64,000 nt of DNA from Squalus acanthias (Eukaryota), in NCBI GenBank assembly GCA_030390025.1, contig CM059425.1, positions 172,176,001-172,240,000 of the forward strand, read 5' to 3'. Under the pieces are notes generated by a model. It saw only the letters and a program-made list of their open reading frames with translations, ran no database searches and was not told the origin of the DNA. The position numbers and the translations under genes are program-made. Below, piece by piece: positions 12,991 to 27,080 of the stretch (its first letter is position 1; each line of letters opens with the position of its first letter).

Positions 12991-13191
12991 ATAAAAATGA
13001 AAAAATGCTGGTAACATTGAGCAGGTCAGGCAGCATCTGTGGAGAGAGGAAGGGAGGGATAATGTTTCAGGTGTATGACCCTTTGTCAGAAACATCAACT
13101 CTACCTTGCTCTCCACAGATGCTGCCTAACCTGCTCAGTGTTTCCTGCATTTTCTGTGTTCATTTCAAATTTCCAGCAGTATTTTGTTTTT
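12991..13191. mobile_element. Fold-back Penelope-tail element with degenerate hammerhead remnant
   Basis: Perfect TSD AGTTTTACACAA (12979-12990 / 13192-13203). Minus strand reads CTGACAAAGGGTCATACACCTGAAACATT. Confidence 0.87.
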
Positions 13192-13267
13192 AGTTTTACA
13201 CAATCAGTCCAGTAATTAAAAAAAAAAAGAAACTCAAGCGATCCAATTAGATATGCTTTCTAAATCT

Positions 13268-15880
13268 AACCACTTTGGTAGGAAAAATAGAAAAGCAGAG
13301 TATTTTTTAAATGGTGAGAGATTGGAAAATGTTGGTGTTCAGAGGGACCTGGGTGTCCTTGTACACGAATCACTGAAAGTTAACATGCAGGTACAGCAAG
13401 CAATTAGGAAAGCAAATGGTATGTTGGCCTTTATTTCAAGAGGATTTGAGTATAAGAGTAAAGATGTCTTCCTGCAATTATATAGGGCCCTGGTGAGACC
13501 ACACCTGGAGTATTGTGTACAGTTTTGGTCTCCTTATCTAAGGAAGGATATACTTGCCATAGAGGGAGTGCAATGAAGGTTCACCAGACTGATTCCTGGG
13601 ATGGGGGGATTGTCCTATAAGGAGAGATTGAGTAGAATGGTGGTGGACCATTAAACAACTAACGGGAGGAGGAGACTCCATGAATATCCCCATCCTCAAT
13701 GATGATGGATCCCAGCACGTGAGTGCAAAGGACAAGGCTGAAGCGTTTGCAACCATCTTCAGCCAGAAGTGCCGAGTGGATGATCCATATTGGCCTACTC
13801 CTGAGGTCCCCACCATCGCAGAAGCCAGTCTTCAGCCAATTCGATTCACTCTACGTGGTATCAAGAAACGGCTGAGTGCACTGGATACAGCAAAGGCTAT
13901 GGGCCCCGACAACATCCCGGCTATCGTGCTGAAGACTTGTGCTCCAGAACTAGCCGTGCCTCTAGCCAAGCTGTTCCAGTACAGCTACAACACTGGCATC
14001 TATCCGACCAATGTGGAAAACTGCCCAGGTATGTCCTGTCCACAAAAAGCAGGACAAATCCAACCTAGCCAATTACCACCCCATCAGTCTACTCTCAATC
14101 ATCAGCAAAGCGATGGAAGGTGTCATCGAAAGTGCTATCAAGAAGCACTTACTCACCAACAACCTGCTCACTGATGCCCAGTTTGAGTTCCGCCAAGACC
14201 ACTCGGCTCCCGACCTCATTACAGCCTTGGTCCAAACATGGACAAAGCAGCTTAATTCCAGAGGTGAGGTGAGAGTGACTGCCCTTGACATCAAGGCAGC
14301 ATTTGACCGAGTGTGGCATCAAGGAGCCCTAGTAAAACTGAAGTCAATGGAAATCAGGGGGGGAAAATGCTCCACTGGCTAGAGTCATATCTAGCACAAA
14401 GGAAGATGGTTGTGGTGGTTGAAGGTCAATCATCACAGCCCCAGGACATCGCTGCAGGAGTTCCTCAGGGCAGTGTCCTAGGCCAAACCATCTTCAGCTG
14501 CTTCATCAATGACCTTCCCTCCAAAATAAGGTCAGAAATGGGGATGTTCGCTGATGACTGCACAGTGTTCAGTGCCATTCACAACTCGGATATTGAAGCA
14601 GTCCATGCCCACATGCAACAAGACCTGGTCGACGTTCAGGCTCGGGCTGATAAGTGGCAGGTAACATTCGCGCCACAGAAGTGCCAGGCAATGACTACCT
14701 CCAACAAGCAAAGTCTAACCACCTCCTTTTGACATTCAATGGTTTTACCATTGCCAAATCCCCCACCATCAACATCCTGGGGGGTCACCATTGACCAGAA
14801 ACTTAACTGGACCAGCCACCTACATACTGTGGCAACATGAGCAGGTCAGAGGCTAGGTATTCTGCGGCGAGTGTCTCACTTCCTGACTCCCCAAAGCCTT
14901 CCACCATCTACAAGGCACAAGTAAGGAGTGTAATGGAATACTCTCCACTTGCCTGGATGAGTGCAGCTCCAACAACACTCAAGAAGCTCGACACCATCCA
15001 GGACAAAGCAGCCCGCTTGATTGGCACCCCATCCACCACCTTAAACATTCACTCCCTTCATCACCGGCGTACCGTGGCTGCAGTGTGTACCATCTACAAG
15101 ATGCACTGCAGCAACTCGCCATGGTTTCTTCGGCAGCACCTCCCAAACCCGAGACCTCTTCCACCTAGAAGGACAAGGGCAGCAGGTGCATGGGAACACC
15201 GCCACCTCCAAGTTCCCCTCCAAGTCACACACCATTCTGACTTAGAAGTATATCGCCGATCCTTCATCGTCGCTGGGTCAAAATCCTGGAACTCCCTCCC
15301 TAACAGCACTGTGGGAGTACCTTCACCATACGGACTGCAGCGGTTCAAAAAGGCGGCTCACCACCACCTTCTCGAGGGTAATTAGGGATGGGCAATAAAT
15401 ACTGGCCTTGCCAGCGACGCCCGCATCCCATAAAAACAAATTAAAATAAAAAAGACTAGACCTATATTCTCTTGAGTTTAGAAGAATGAGAGGTAATCTC
15501 ATTGAAACATACAAAATTCTTACAGGGCCTGACCTGGTAGAAGCAGGGAGGATGTTTCCCCTGGCTGGGGAGTCCAGAACCAGGGGTCACAGTCTCAGAA
15601 TACGGGGTCGGCCATTTAGGACTGAGATGAGAAGAAATGTCTTCACTGAGGGTGGTGAATCTTTGGAATTCTCCACCCCAGAGGGCTGTGGATGCTCAGT
15701 CGTTGAGTATATTCAAGACAGAGATCGATAGATTTTTGAATATTAAGGGGTTTAAGGGATATGGCGATAGTTCAGGAAAGTGGAGATGAGGTAGAAGATC
15801 AGCCATGATCTTATTGAATGGCAGAGCAGGCTCGAAGGGCCAAATGGCCGACTCCTGCTCCTATTTCTTATGTTCTTAAG
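13268..15880 (+). mobile_element. CR1 LINE 3' part, split by a family B insertion
   Basis: ORF 13253-13576 (HFGRKN...LYRALVRPHLEYCVQFWSP) resumes at about 15453 with MRGNLIETYKIL and a CR1 3' UTR. Confidence 0.93.
13637..15452 (+). mobile_element. Family B LINE, 5'-truncated, RT domain through 3' tail
   Basis: ORFs 13680, 14011, 14313 and 14837 carry LDIKAAFDRVWH, GVPQGSVLG and FADD; A-rich tail at 15432-15452. Confidence 0.95.
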
Positions 15881-16504
15881 TTCTAATGTGCTTTACTGCT
15901 ATCTTTTTTTGAAAAAAAGGTTCTGGATTTTAGGGGTTCCAGACTAGAGACCTCCAGTGGTAGGGATCAGTACTGTGCTTTTATTTGCCACCCAAGCATC
16001 AGTAAACATTGGGGAGTTTCTGCAGGCTTGCTCATTTCTGAACTTTTGGAGTTTGTATCACTCAAGATGCAGAAGAAATTCTCTGAAGACAGTAAACTGT
16101 ACAGGTCCTAGCTAGTTGGCCAGTGTTATTTTGGCATGATTGGGTAGCACAAAATTACAGCATATTGCAACGCTGATTTGATGCATGTTCGATCACTCTT
16201 GTGCTTAGTTCTTGATAACTACACTGATGTTGGGAAGGAAAATCGAAGCAAATGTGGTTCTGGAATTTCTAGTTTCCAGATGAGGAGCAGCATTACCAAT
16301 AGTATTTAGAGACCAAAAAGAAAAATAATGTCTTGCATTTATATATAACGCCTTTCATGACCTCGGGATGTCCCAAAGCGTTTTACAGCCAATGAAGTAC
16401 TTTTTTTTTAACATGTAGTCACTGTTGTAATGTAGGAAGATGGGTTTATTCATAAGTTTTCTGATGGCAGAATTACTTTTTTATTATGACATTTTAGGTG
16501 TTGG

Positions 16505-16892
16505 CCTTGGCTCAGCACTCTCACTTCTGAGTCAGAAGGTCGTGGGTTTTGGGCCCACTCGACAGACTTGAGTGCATAATCTCAGCAGGAACTTAAGTAC
16601 AGTAAAGTCAGAAGTATCATATTTTGGATGAGACATTACATAGGTCCTGTGTGCCCTCCTCGGTGGACAGAAAGGTCCCATACCACTATTCAAAGAAGAG
16701 CTGGGGAATTCGCCCAGTGTCCTGGCCAACATTTTGTCATTATCTCATTACTCTATCTGGATCTTTGTATGTGCAAATTGGCTGCCAATTTTCTCTACAT
16801 TACAACAGTGACTATATTTCAGAAAGTACTTCATTGGCTGTGAAGCCCTTTGGGGTATGCTGAGAATGTGAAAGGAACTATATAAATGCATA
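16505..16892 (+). mobile_element. DeuSINE-type SINE (a minus-strand 3' fragment also lies at about 16330-16440)
   Basis: tRNA-like head TGGCTCAG...GGTCGTGGGTT, central domain, and L2-like tail CTATATAAATGCA. Confidence 0.85.
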
Positions 16893-17389
16893 CCCTTCCT
16901 TCCTATCATCTATCTTTTCCTTTGCTTGCTCTTTTGCTCTTTTTTTTCCAGCTTTCTTTCTTTCTTTCCTCCTCTTCTCTTCCTTCCCTGATAATTTTTA
17001 ACAGCCATTTTGAAATCATGGATGAAATTGAATTTTAACAACAATTTGCTGTTAAAATCTCACTCTATGTAGTTCTGGGAAATATGTTTCCCAATTAAAA
17101 GACCAGACAAATGACCTGTTACCAGTATTGCTAACTAGCGCTCTCCCTCAGACTTCCTGGCTGTTATAGAAAAGGTGGTGTATGGAGAATCACAGATGGT
17201 AACTCATACATCATGCTGCTGTTTCAGCTTATTTTTATACTCTTGGTTTTGAGCAGTGGGCCTTTCAAATGCTTAAGTGTGCTAAATCTAAGTTGTTTCC
17301 TGACTAACGGAATTCTGTTCTCGTCCTTCATGCTTGTATGTAGCCGATATTTGACTTCCCTGAAATCTCAAACCTGCACCAGAGTAGAA

Positions 17390-17850
17390 TCATAGAATCA
17401 TACAGCGCAGAAGGAGACTATTCAGCCCATTGTACCTGAGCCAGCTCTTTGAAAGGGCTGTCCAATTAGTCCCATTCTAACCCTTCCCCATAGCCCTGCA
17501 AATTATTTCCCTTTTATGTATTTATCCAATTCCCTTTTGAAAGTTATTATTGAATCTGTTTCCACCCTCTCTTCTCTTAGGCACCACCCTTTCAGGCAGT
17601 GCATTCCAGATCATAACAATTCGCTGCATTAAAAAGAAATCTTGTCACCTCTGGTTCTTTTGCCAATTACCTTAAATCTGTGTCTTCTGGTTACTGGCCC
17701 TTCTGCCACTGGAAACTGTTTCTCCTTATTTACTCTATCCAAACCCTTCATGATTTTGAACACCTCCTATTCAATCTCTCCTTAGCCTTCTCTGCTCTAA
17801 GGAGAACAGCCCCAGCTTCTCTGGTCTCTCCATGTAACTAAAGTCCCACA
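17390..17850 (-). mobile_element. CR1 3' fragment
   Basis: (TAGAATCA)n tail; reverse-strand GDLIE/WNALPE motifs. Confidence 0.85.
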
Positions 17851-18051
17851 ATTGTCTTCATGACTTGCCTGGTTCAGGCTTTAGCAGTGATCATGGAAAA
17901 AAAGTACACTGACTTATATTTTTCTTTTGAGCATTAACAACTCTGCATGAATTGTTTTAAGTATAGATCTTTTACTTGTGTGGCTTGTGGTATTTTTTGT
18001 ACTGAAAATGGTGAAAATATAATGCATCTAATCAAAATTTCTTTCGACCAG

Positions 18052-18241
18052 CATTGTTTCATTGCTGAATCAGAAGCAGGCACTGGAGGAACTGCGGCAG
18101 AGTGTGCAGCAGATGAAGTGTACTGAGGCTAAACTCTCTGCACAGAAAGACCTGTTGGATCAAAAGGTCAAAGAGAATGATGGGAAGGAACCACCTCCAG
18201 TACTAGCCTATGAAGATGATGCAAGATCTATTACTTCAATG
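18052..18241 (+). CDS. FER: FER coding exon (about human exon 10), 190 nt, phase 2-0
   Basis: tttctttcgaccAG / GTaggc. Translates (D)[63 protein letters not shown], very close to human FER. Overlaps ORF 18062-18325. Confidence 0.97.
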
Positions 18242-19454
18242 GTAGGCCTAAATACAGTATGGATTATGGCTTACAATGGTAGTCATTCAAATTTAGTGAT
18301 TGAAACAAGAAATAAACTAAAATAAAATTCAGAGAAAACATCAGAGTCATAAGTTTCATGATAAACTATCATAGACTCTTAAAATGCACTGCCTTTGACT
18401 AATAAGATGGCTTCAATCTGTTTGTTCGGTCTGTCAAATGTTCTTGAGGGCCAGTATATTTCAATAAATTTGAATTGGGTAAGATAACTGATCCCTACAA
18501 GTTAGAAGGGTAGTGTAAATGCGGATTAACTGACCCATCAGATTATTACGTGAAAAATAAATGTTGCCATGGAGAAGTGAAAAGCTGCATTATTTGGAAA
18601 TTGGCTTTCAAAGAGCTGTGGTACCTATTTTTTTAAACTGCATAATTGGAATTGTATTAAATTATGACTCTATTCTGAATCATTTATGCAGCATGTTAAA
18701 GCTTCTAATACAATTTGAACAATAAAATCACTTAGGAGATGATAAACAGAATGCTAATTGTCCATAGAAGTAAGTACACATTTCATTTTTCATAGTTTGA
18801 ATCAGACCTCTTTAATAGTTAATTCATTAGATAGACATTTGAAAAGGAGCAGTGTAATTTGTTAATGTACTTTCAGTTTCCTCCACATACCATGGACTGT
18901 GACCCACAATCTGTAAGCCAAATAAGTCAATTTTTGTGGCTTCAAGTTGATACTTCCTTTTTAACTCCCGTCTGCTTTTCTTAAGCTGTGCACCAACATT
19001 GCCAAGAAGTAGGCAGAAGGGCATCTTGTTCCTAAGCCACTGCCAAAACTACTCTTGAGCTGTCAGCAGAAAGGTTTGTGAGAACAATCTGACCGTCTGC
19101 TCTTTACCCCCTCCCCCATGTGACTTCTCCCTTGTGCTGTGTATTGAAACCCTCCCTCTGTCTACTGCATCGATCTCATTTCTCTGCTTGGCAACAGTTT
19201 GCCAAAAACTATGGGTATGAATAGTTAGAAGTTCAGTACTTGTTGATGACATTGCATTACTCATTTTCAGAAATTCACTCGGCACACTTATCATTTTGAA
19301 TCCCATCTTAGTTCCAGCAAACTCTCTTTTTCAAAAATTAGCCTGCAATGTAAAGTGTCTACTTGCTTTTGTCATATACTTATTCTGAAGCACATCTTCG
19401 AATGTCGTTCAAGTAGAGCACCCTGCTCAAAATTAATGTAAAAGCAAGAAAAAA

Positions 19455-19655
19455 CGCAAACAAAAACAGAAATTGCTGGAAACATTCAACAGGTCAGGCA
19501 GCACCCATGGAACGAACATATTGGCTCATGTTTCAGGTTTACACCCTTCATCTTAACTGGAAGATACTACAGATGAACAAAACTTAAAAGGGATACGAAC
19601 AGAGCAGAGGGGAAGAGTGAAACACAATTAAAATGAGTAATATCAGGGTTCAGAG
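19455..19655 (-). mobile_element. Degenerate Penelope 3' repeat fragment
   Basis: AAACAGAAATTGCTGGAAACATTCAACAGGTCAGGCAGC and reverse GATGAAGGGTGTAAACCTGAAAC. Confidence 0.7.
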
Positions 19656-19660
19656 GTAAT

Positions 19661-20398
19661 GGCCCGATTTTGCGATGGTAATGGCGGCAAAACTTACAGC
19701 ATTAGCTGTCATTACCCCTCTGAAACTGACCGTAACTTCAGGATTTAGCGCACGAGCAGATAAATGGGGAAACCCTGAAGTTGTGGTCAGTCATTCTCTG
19801 TGCCACCACAGGCTGCACTGTGTAATTTCCCATAGTCAGCAATCAATGAAATCAGTTGAACTGATGAAAACTTAAGCTTTTCTGCTGTAAAATTGCTGTT
19901 AAACACCCCATAAAAAGATATGTCTTGTTGAAATAGGTCTAACTAGGATTTTAACGGCATATTGACTGCTGAACAACCGTTCTGGCCCTGAAAAACTAAT
20001 CTTCTATTTGTGAAATATCAAAAAATGACAAAACTTACTAGATTTTTAAAATAAATATATTTTAAATTTATGATATTTCAGCTTCTTTCTTATCCCCATG
20101 TGTATATCCCAATATTTATTTTGCGCTCTCAAATTTTAAAAAAATGAAATGATAATCAGTGCTTTTTATTTCCTGGTTTGTGGTCTGAGAGAATTCTTCA
20201 GTGTGATTGGCTGCTTCGACAGCTTGATGATATCACTGCTAATGTACGCTGAGGATCCCCTTTTGACAGCGCCACAATCCAATTAAGGTCGAGAAAGCTG
20301 AAGTTTCTGCCACAGAGATCGCAAGAGCTTTGTGGGTAGCTTTCTTCAAGGTCAGCAATGATCGCTGTCACTTCGCTGCTGACTGCAAATTCCGGGCC
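19661..20398. mobile_element. Harbinger-like MITE (family M1)
   Basis: TIRs GGCCCGATTTTGC / GCAAATTCCGGGCC, AAT/ATT flanks and a subterminal hairpin. Homologous to 61245-62014. Confidence 0.8.
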
Positions 20399-23260
20399 AT
20401 TGGTTATAAATGGTTTAGGTGTGTGCTCATGATTTATGATTACATAGATTACTGTCTTTGTAATTACTCATAGGTATTTATTCTCAAGACATTAATAGAA
20501 CATGTTGATTAAAAGGGTACTCCAAGATAAGGTTTTATAATGACCTTATTCAAGAACTTGCACAATAGCAACCTAGTGCATCAATTAAAGTTTAAAATGT
20601 TTAAGCTGTAAAAAAAAAAGTTACCTGTGGGGCCTTACTACTGCTCTGGAAGCTATAATAAGGTAACTGCAGAGGCTGATCTTTGAATTTTCCTTTGCAC
20701 TGAAATGCTGCAGAGCAATTTTCTGTTCCTATTCTTGCTCTATTTGTGTAGCTTACTCTAGTGGCAGCAACCAGGTACTGTAGCATTATTTCAGTCACTG
20801 AAAAAATATTAAATGCTGGAACAAGTCAATGTTTTGATATGGTTAAGTCCAAGTATAATCAGAGGTTTTTTCACCCTGGGCTATGCAAAGTGGATTAAAG
20901 CCACAGTAAATCACTGACAGTATGAAACAAATTAAGGTACAGGAAAGTGGCAAAAGTCATGTAATTTTGGATTATGCTTCTTCAGGCTGATTGAAATACT
21001 TTCTAGCAGTAAAACTGTCTTAAGTAAAATTAATAGAGCATGCTGAATAAATGGAAATGTTTGCAGTTTTATGTCGAGTAAATGTAGACTAATTGAGATC
21101 TCTGCTTTGAGCAGAAAGATGGCACGAAGTACTCCAGTTGGGTTTAAATTTTATTGAACCCAACAGATACAAAGCCTTCACCTTTTGATATTTTTTGGTT
21201 TACAATTAGAGTAATTTATTAGCTTGATTTATCTGCCTACTTGTGAGTGATAAAATTTCTGCTCACATAGCAGAGCTCCAGTCATTATTATACTCAACAT
21301 GATAAATAGGTAAACATAAAGGGATAATGGGCCAGAGTCCAGAGGGGAAAGGTAGATTGGCCTGGAGGAAGCAGAGGGAGGTAGAGCGGAGTTAAAAATC
21401 GTGAGGAGGGGATGGAAAATTGCAAGATGCTGGAGTGGGGCTAGAGTGCACAGGAAGTTGTTGCATTGTTGGAATCAGTGACACCAAAACAGTAAGTCCT
21501 CAAGACTGGAGTTGGGCATGAATGTATGGGGGATGAGAGAGTGAAGGAGAAGGGAACAGGAGAATGTGACAGCAATGGAGAGAGAGTGCAGGAGGTTAGG
21601 GTAGGAGGGTTATACAGGAGGGGAGAAAGGGAAAGGGGCGAGTGAAGGACATTTTAAAATGTTTTATAAGTGTATATATACAATATATATTTATTTATAT
21701 ATTGTGGCCCCTACCTACCCAAATGACGGTCTAAAATGATAAGCTGGGGTTGATTTATCCAGCCATCTGAACATCAATAAAGGTACAGGTCAAATAATGA
21801 ATACAAAATAAAGGCTTCTTTCAGCCAGTAGTAAGCATCCCTTCTCTTGGGAAGGCCAGTCCATTTTAATTAATTAGAAAGTAAATGCTCTGGCATTTTC
21901 AAGGGATGCTGTTCAGTGTCATCGTGGTTGATGAAGTCTCAATGATTAGTCTAGACCTGAACTTCAACCATTGGCTCCCTGTGGCAATCCTAGCGAATAT
22001 ACCCCAAGCAAAAAGCTACTTCTATTCTAGGCTCCATGGTCGCCCTGATACCACCTAATACAACAAAGAAAACCAAGAGCTGAGTATAGAGCTAGAAGAA
22101 GTGGTGCCCACATTTGCAGATTATACTAAAGTAGGAGGCATATTGAATAATTCTGAGGACTGAAGGAAGCTGCAAGGTGATATTGATGATGAGATGGTGG
22201 AATTAGCAGGTTGCGCACCAATCGCGAGGTCCCCGCAGGCCGCTCACCAGCTCCTGCCGCTGGAAGAGATACCGCAAAGCAAATTTAAAGGGACTGCGCA
22301 CGTTGGTGAGAGCAAAGTGTTAAATTGGTAAATTTGAAACAGGCCAACTCAATTTGCCTGGAGTCCTTGTGCTCCTGGATCCACTCCTGTATCTAAGACG
22401 GCAATGTGAACCCCCCAGTCATCGTACTCTGGGTACCGCGAGAGGAAAGACACAGCGCCGGTAAACGGGACATCGAGATGAGCAGTCATGACTTGACTCA
22501 GACTTTAGTGCAGCTCGAGCTCCGGCTCTATTTCTGTCCCGTCCAGTGGGCCATATTTTACCCACCACTGGGCTTCACTGAGGAATCTGTCTGCGCCACA
22601 GTTATGCCGGGAGACTGGCGGTACCCCTGCGGAATTCAGACAACACCTTTCACCCAATTACACCAATAAACAAAAACAGCATTTTATAACTCACTGGAAA
22701 GAAACCAAGCCCAGGACTAATTTTGAATTAGTCGATAAAATTCCTTCAAAGACAGGTTGAGACTAAAACTCGCAAGTTTTAAAAAAAGGTTTAAGCAAAC
22801 AATCTTACAATCGATTCGATTATGTCCATTCCAAGTCATGCTGCCAATGGAGTTATTTTATATATTTAAAGTATTTATGTTATCGAGCATTTATCGGGAA
22901 AGTTTGCACAGATTTAAGGAAACTGAACCCACAAACAGTGAGTAACTCACCTTTTAGGTTGCAGTGACTGAGCAGAAACTGAGGTTTCTGGTATGAATAA
23001 CTTTATTGATTTACAAGCTGCAGATAATGTACTAAGTTTCTATTTCCCTGTAATCGGTTCAGACATTTCCGAGTCTGGTGCTGCAGATACCGCTGTAAAC
23101 AGCAGAAGGCGTCCTACACCGCACAGTGTTAATACTGTTGATATATTTTTGCAAACTTGAAAGGGGTGGTTATAGCAATGACACATTGATGCAGCGAATG
23201 GTGGATTCGATTTGCCCACCTCTGTTTTTGGTTATGACTCCCCTGCTGCCTCGGAGGCAA

Positions 23261-23931
23261 TGGCCCCCATTTTCCGGGGCCTGTGACTAAGTGCCCCGGT
23301 AAGGTCCGGGTTTCCGTATGACAGATCATTCACATCCCCGGGAAATGGACATTCACTAGCAGTGAGTTGGGCTATTTGCCCGACGAATGCCCAGCGAATG
23401 CCCAGGAAACTCCTAAGCTTGGTAAAAGCCTTTTACCAGCATAAGGGTTTAAATAAATAATAAAATAAACATTTTAAAATCATTTTAACATTCAAAAACA
23501 TAAGTTTAGGTTATTTTTGGCCTCTTGAAAAATACTTAAATTTAATTTTTTGAAAAATAAATTTTTGTCTTAAATATTTAATTAAATTGTATTTTAATTA
23601 ATTTTAAACATGTAATGTTTTTATTTGAGTGTTTTATACATGTGTCTTTTGGGTGATTCCTATTAAGCTTATGGGGATTTCGTATGTAAATGGAATCCCC
23701 AGAAGCATAATGGGAATCCCCTTTCTGATTGATTGGGCCGGCCCACGTGATCCCAGGGGACGCTTGCGAACCGCGTGCACCCCGGGGTACGTGGGCCTCT
23801 ACGCAGGCATACGCATAGAGGCCCAGGAGCGCGAGTCTCCGTGGGTCCCCAGGACCATCAGGTAGGTTCATAGTTTTATTGCGGTTCGGAGGCATCCACC
23901 CGCGGGAAGCCTCCGACTGCAAATTCAGGCC
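23261..23931. mobile_element. Harbinger-like MITE (family M3); left boundary uncertain
   Basis: Homologous to 45440-46175 (GGGCTATTTGCCC, AT-rich core, CTTATGGGGATTTC...CCCAGGGGACGCTTGCGAAC). Ends GCAAATTCAGGCC. Confidence 0.75.
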
Positions 23932-24144
23932 TATCAACTCACCTCCTGACATTAACGTGGGGTGGGGTCAGGTGCAGCGCACGTTCGGCCTCAAAGCCAG
24001 GCCTTGGCAGGCTGGATTGAATCCATTAGCGGGCCAGATACGGACCGTGGGCCAAATTTTGCCCGCCACTGTGGGTAGAGGTTGCAGGTTTGGGAGGTGC
24101 TGTTGAAGAAGCCTTGGCAAGTTGCTGCAGTGCATCTTGTAGAT

Positions 24145-24610
24145 AGAAAGAAAGACAGACTTGCATTTATATAGCGCCTTACACTACCACTGGACGTCTC
24201 AGAGCGTTTTACAGCCAGTGAAGTACTTTCGGAGTGTAGTCACGGTTGTAATGTGGGAAACGCAGCAGCCAATTTGTGCACAGCAAGCTCCCACAAACAG
24301 TAATGTGATAATGACCAGATAATCTGTTTTTTTTGTTACGTTGATTGAGGAAAAAATATTGGCCAGGACACTGGGGATAACTCCCCTGCTCCTCTTCAAA
24401 ACAGTGCCATGGGGTCTTTTACGTCCATCTGAGAGCGCAGCCGGGGCCTCAGTTTAATGTCTCATCTGAAAGACTGCACCTCCAACAGTGCAGCACTCCC
24501 AGAGCACTGCATTGGAGTGTCAGCCTAGATTTATGTGCTCAAGTCCCTGGAGAGGGACCCACAACTTTCTGACTCAGGTGAGTGTGATACCCACTGAGCC
24601 ACAGCTGACA
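24145..24610 (-). mobile_element. Near full-length tRNA-derived DeuSINE-type SINE (SacSINE1-like) with L2-type tail
   Basis: Reverse strand: GTCAGCTGTGGCTCAGTGGG head, conserved central domain, GGCGCTATATAAATGCAAGTCT tail shared with L2 copies. AGAT is duplicated at the junctions. Confidence 0.88.
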
Positions 24611-24818
24611 GATGGTACACACTGCAGCCACGGTACGCCAGTGGTGGAGTGAGTGAATGTTTAAGGTGGTGGATGGGGTGCCAATCAAGCGGGCTGCTTT
24701 GTCCTAGATGGTGTCGAGCTTCTTGAGTGTTGTTGGAGCTGCACTCATCCAGGCAAGTGGAGAGTATTCCATCACACTCCTGACTTGTGCCTTGTAGATG
24801 GTGGAAAGTCGTTGAGTC

Positions 24819-25140
24819 AACAGCAATTTTCCCGCTAAGCTGAGCAGCTGCACAGTGGTCTGGAGGTCCTGCGCAAGCCGCTCACCAGCTTTTCAATGGA
24901 AATAACCACACATGCACGAATATCTGAATGGGCTGCGCAGCCAGTTAAAGGGACCGCGAACGAAAAAAAGTTACAGGGAACATTGATCAGGAGCAATATT
25001 TGCGCGGCCGCGCAGCGCACTGGAGCTCCCGCACAGCTGGCTCACCGACTTTTAAATGAAGAACAACGCACATGCGTAGAATTTTGAGTGAACCAGTTAA
25101 AGGGGCCACGTGGCCCAAAAAATAATTAGACTGAGCATTG
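24819..25140. mobile_element. Tandem two-unit GC-rich MITE-like insertion (termini resembling CAATGTTCCCTCTAA; possibly hAT)
   Basis: Two related units of about 160 bp (GCTCACC...CCAGTTAAAGGG...CATTG) interrupt the LINE, with GTCA on both sides. A related fragment lies at about 22205-22300. Confidence 0.6.
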
Positions 25141-25832
25141 GTCAGGAGGTGAGTCACTCACCGCAGAATACCTAGCCTCTGACCTGCTCTTGTAGCCACA
25201 GTATTTTTGTGGCTGGTCCAGTTAAATTTCTGGTCAATGGTGACCCCCAGGATGTTGATGGTGGGGGATTCAGCGATGGTCATGCCGTTGAACGTCAAGG
25301 GGAGGTGGCTAGACTCTTGTTGGAGATGCTCATTGCTTGGATGGAGCGAATGTGACTTGCCACTTATAAGCCCATGCCTGAATGTTGTCTTGGTCTTGCT
25401 GCATGCGGGCACAGACTGCTTCATTATCTGAGGAGTTGCGCATGGAACTGAACACTGCAATCATCAGCGAACATCCGCACTTCTGACCTTATGTTGGAGG
25501 GAAGGTCATTGATGAAGCAGCTGAAGGTGGTTGGGCCTAGACCACTGCCCTGAGAAACTCCTGGGGCTGAGATGATTGACCTCCATCAACCACAACCATC
25601 TTCCTTTGTGCTGGTATGACTCTAGTCGGTGGAGAGTTTTCCCCCCAATTCCCATTGACTTCAATTTTACTGGGGCTCCTTGATGCCACAGTCGGTCAAA
25701 TGCTGCCTTGATGTCAAGGGCAGTCACTCTCCCCTCACCTCTGTAATTCAGCTCCATGTTTGGACCAAGGCTGTAATCAGGTCTGGAGCCGAGTGGTCCT
25801 GGCGGAACCCAAACTGAGCATTGGTGACAAAA

Positions 25833-27080
25833 ACAACTTGTCTTTAATGTAGAAAAACGTCCCAAGGCACTTCACAGGCGTGTTATAAAACAAAAATATG
25901 ACACCGAGCCACTTAAGAAATTAGGGTAGATGACCAAAAACTTGGTCAAAGAGGTAGGTTTTAAGGTACATCCCAAAGGAGGAAAGAGAGCGGAGAGGTT
26001 TAAGGAGGGAATACCAGCACGTAGGGCCTAGGCAGCTGAAGGCACGGCCACCAACAGTTGAGCGATTATAATCAGGGATGCTCCAGAGGGCAGAATTTGA
26101 GGAGCACAGATATCCCAGGGGGTTGTGGGGTTAGAGGAGATTAGAGATAGGGAAAGGCGAGCCCATGGAGGGATCCGAAAACAAGGATGAGACTTTTAAA
26201 ATCGAGGCGTTGCTTAACTGGGAGCCAATGTAGGTCAGCGAGAACAGGGGTGATGGGTGAACGAGACTTGGTGCGAGACAGGACACGGGCAGCCAAGTTT
26301 TGGATGACCTCAAGTTTACGTTGGGTAGAATGTGGGAGGCCAGCCAGGAGTGTGTTGGACTAGTCAAGTCTAGCAGTAACAAAGGCATGGATTAGGGTTT
26401 CAGCAGCAGATGAACTGAGGCGGGACGGAGACAGGTAATGTTATGGAAGTGGAAATAGGCGGTCTTAGTTATGCCGCGGATATGTGGTCGGAAGCTCATT
26501 TCAGGGTCAAATATGACCCCAAGGTTGCGAACAGTCTGGTTCAGCCTCAGACAGATGCTAGGGAGAGGGATGGAGTCAGTCGCTGGGGAACGGAGTTTGT
26601 GGAGGGGACCGATACCAATGGCTTCGGTCTTCCCAATATTTATTTGGAGAAAATTTCTGCTCATCCAGTACTGTATGTCGGACAAGCAGTCTGACAATAT
26701 AGAAACCGTGTGAAGAGGTGGTGAGGTAGAGCAGGGTGTCGTCGGCATACATGTGGAAACTGACGCTGTGTTTTTGGATGACGTCATCAAGGGACAGCAT
26801 GTAGATGAGAAATAGGGGGCAAAGGATAGATCCTTGGGAGACACCAGAGGTAATGATGTGGGAGCGGGAAGAGAAGCCATTGCAGGTGATTTTCTGGCTA
26901 CAATTAGATAGATAAGAGTGGAACCAGGCGAGTGCAGTCCCACCCAGCTGGACGACAGTGGAGAGGAGGATGGAGTGGTCAACCATATCAAAGGCTGCAG
27001 ACAAGTCAAGAAGGACGAGGAGGGATAGCTTACCTTTGTCACAAAGGATGTAATTTGTGACTTTGAGAGTTGTTTCAATA
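25833..27080 (-). mobile_element. L2 LINE 3' part
   Basis: LSAAFDMVDHSILL, GVSQGSILCP, HMYADDT, NFLQINIGKTE and VRNLGVIFD; L2 tail at about 25835. Confidence 0.93.

Larger units (their letters stand above)
24070..25830 (-). mobile_element. Family B LINE fragment with two nested insertions
   Basis: Reverse RT motifs (ORFs 25158 and 25506: VTALDIKAAFDRLWHQG). Sequence is collinear across the insertions at 24145-24610 and 24819-25140. Confidence 0.9.

Noticed and set aside
18242..18325. C-terminal extension VGLNTVW... of ORF 18062-18325
   Set aside because: Read-through past the GT donor at 18242; FER similarity stops at ITSM.
18563..18576. RFX X-box-like GTTGCCATGGAGAA
   Set aside because: A single imperfect motif is expected by chance in 64 kb; no supporting promoter evidence.
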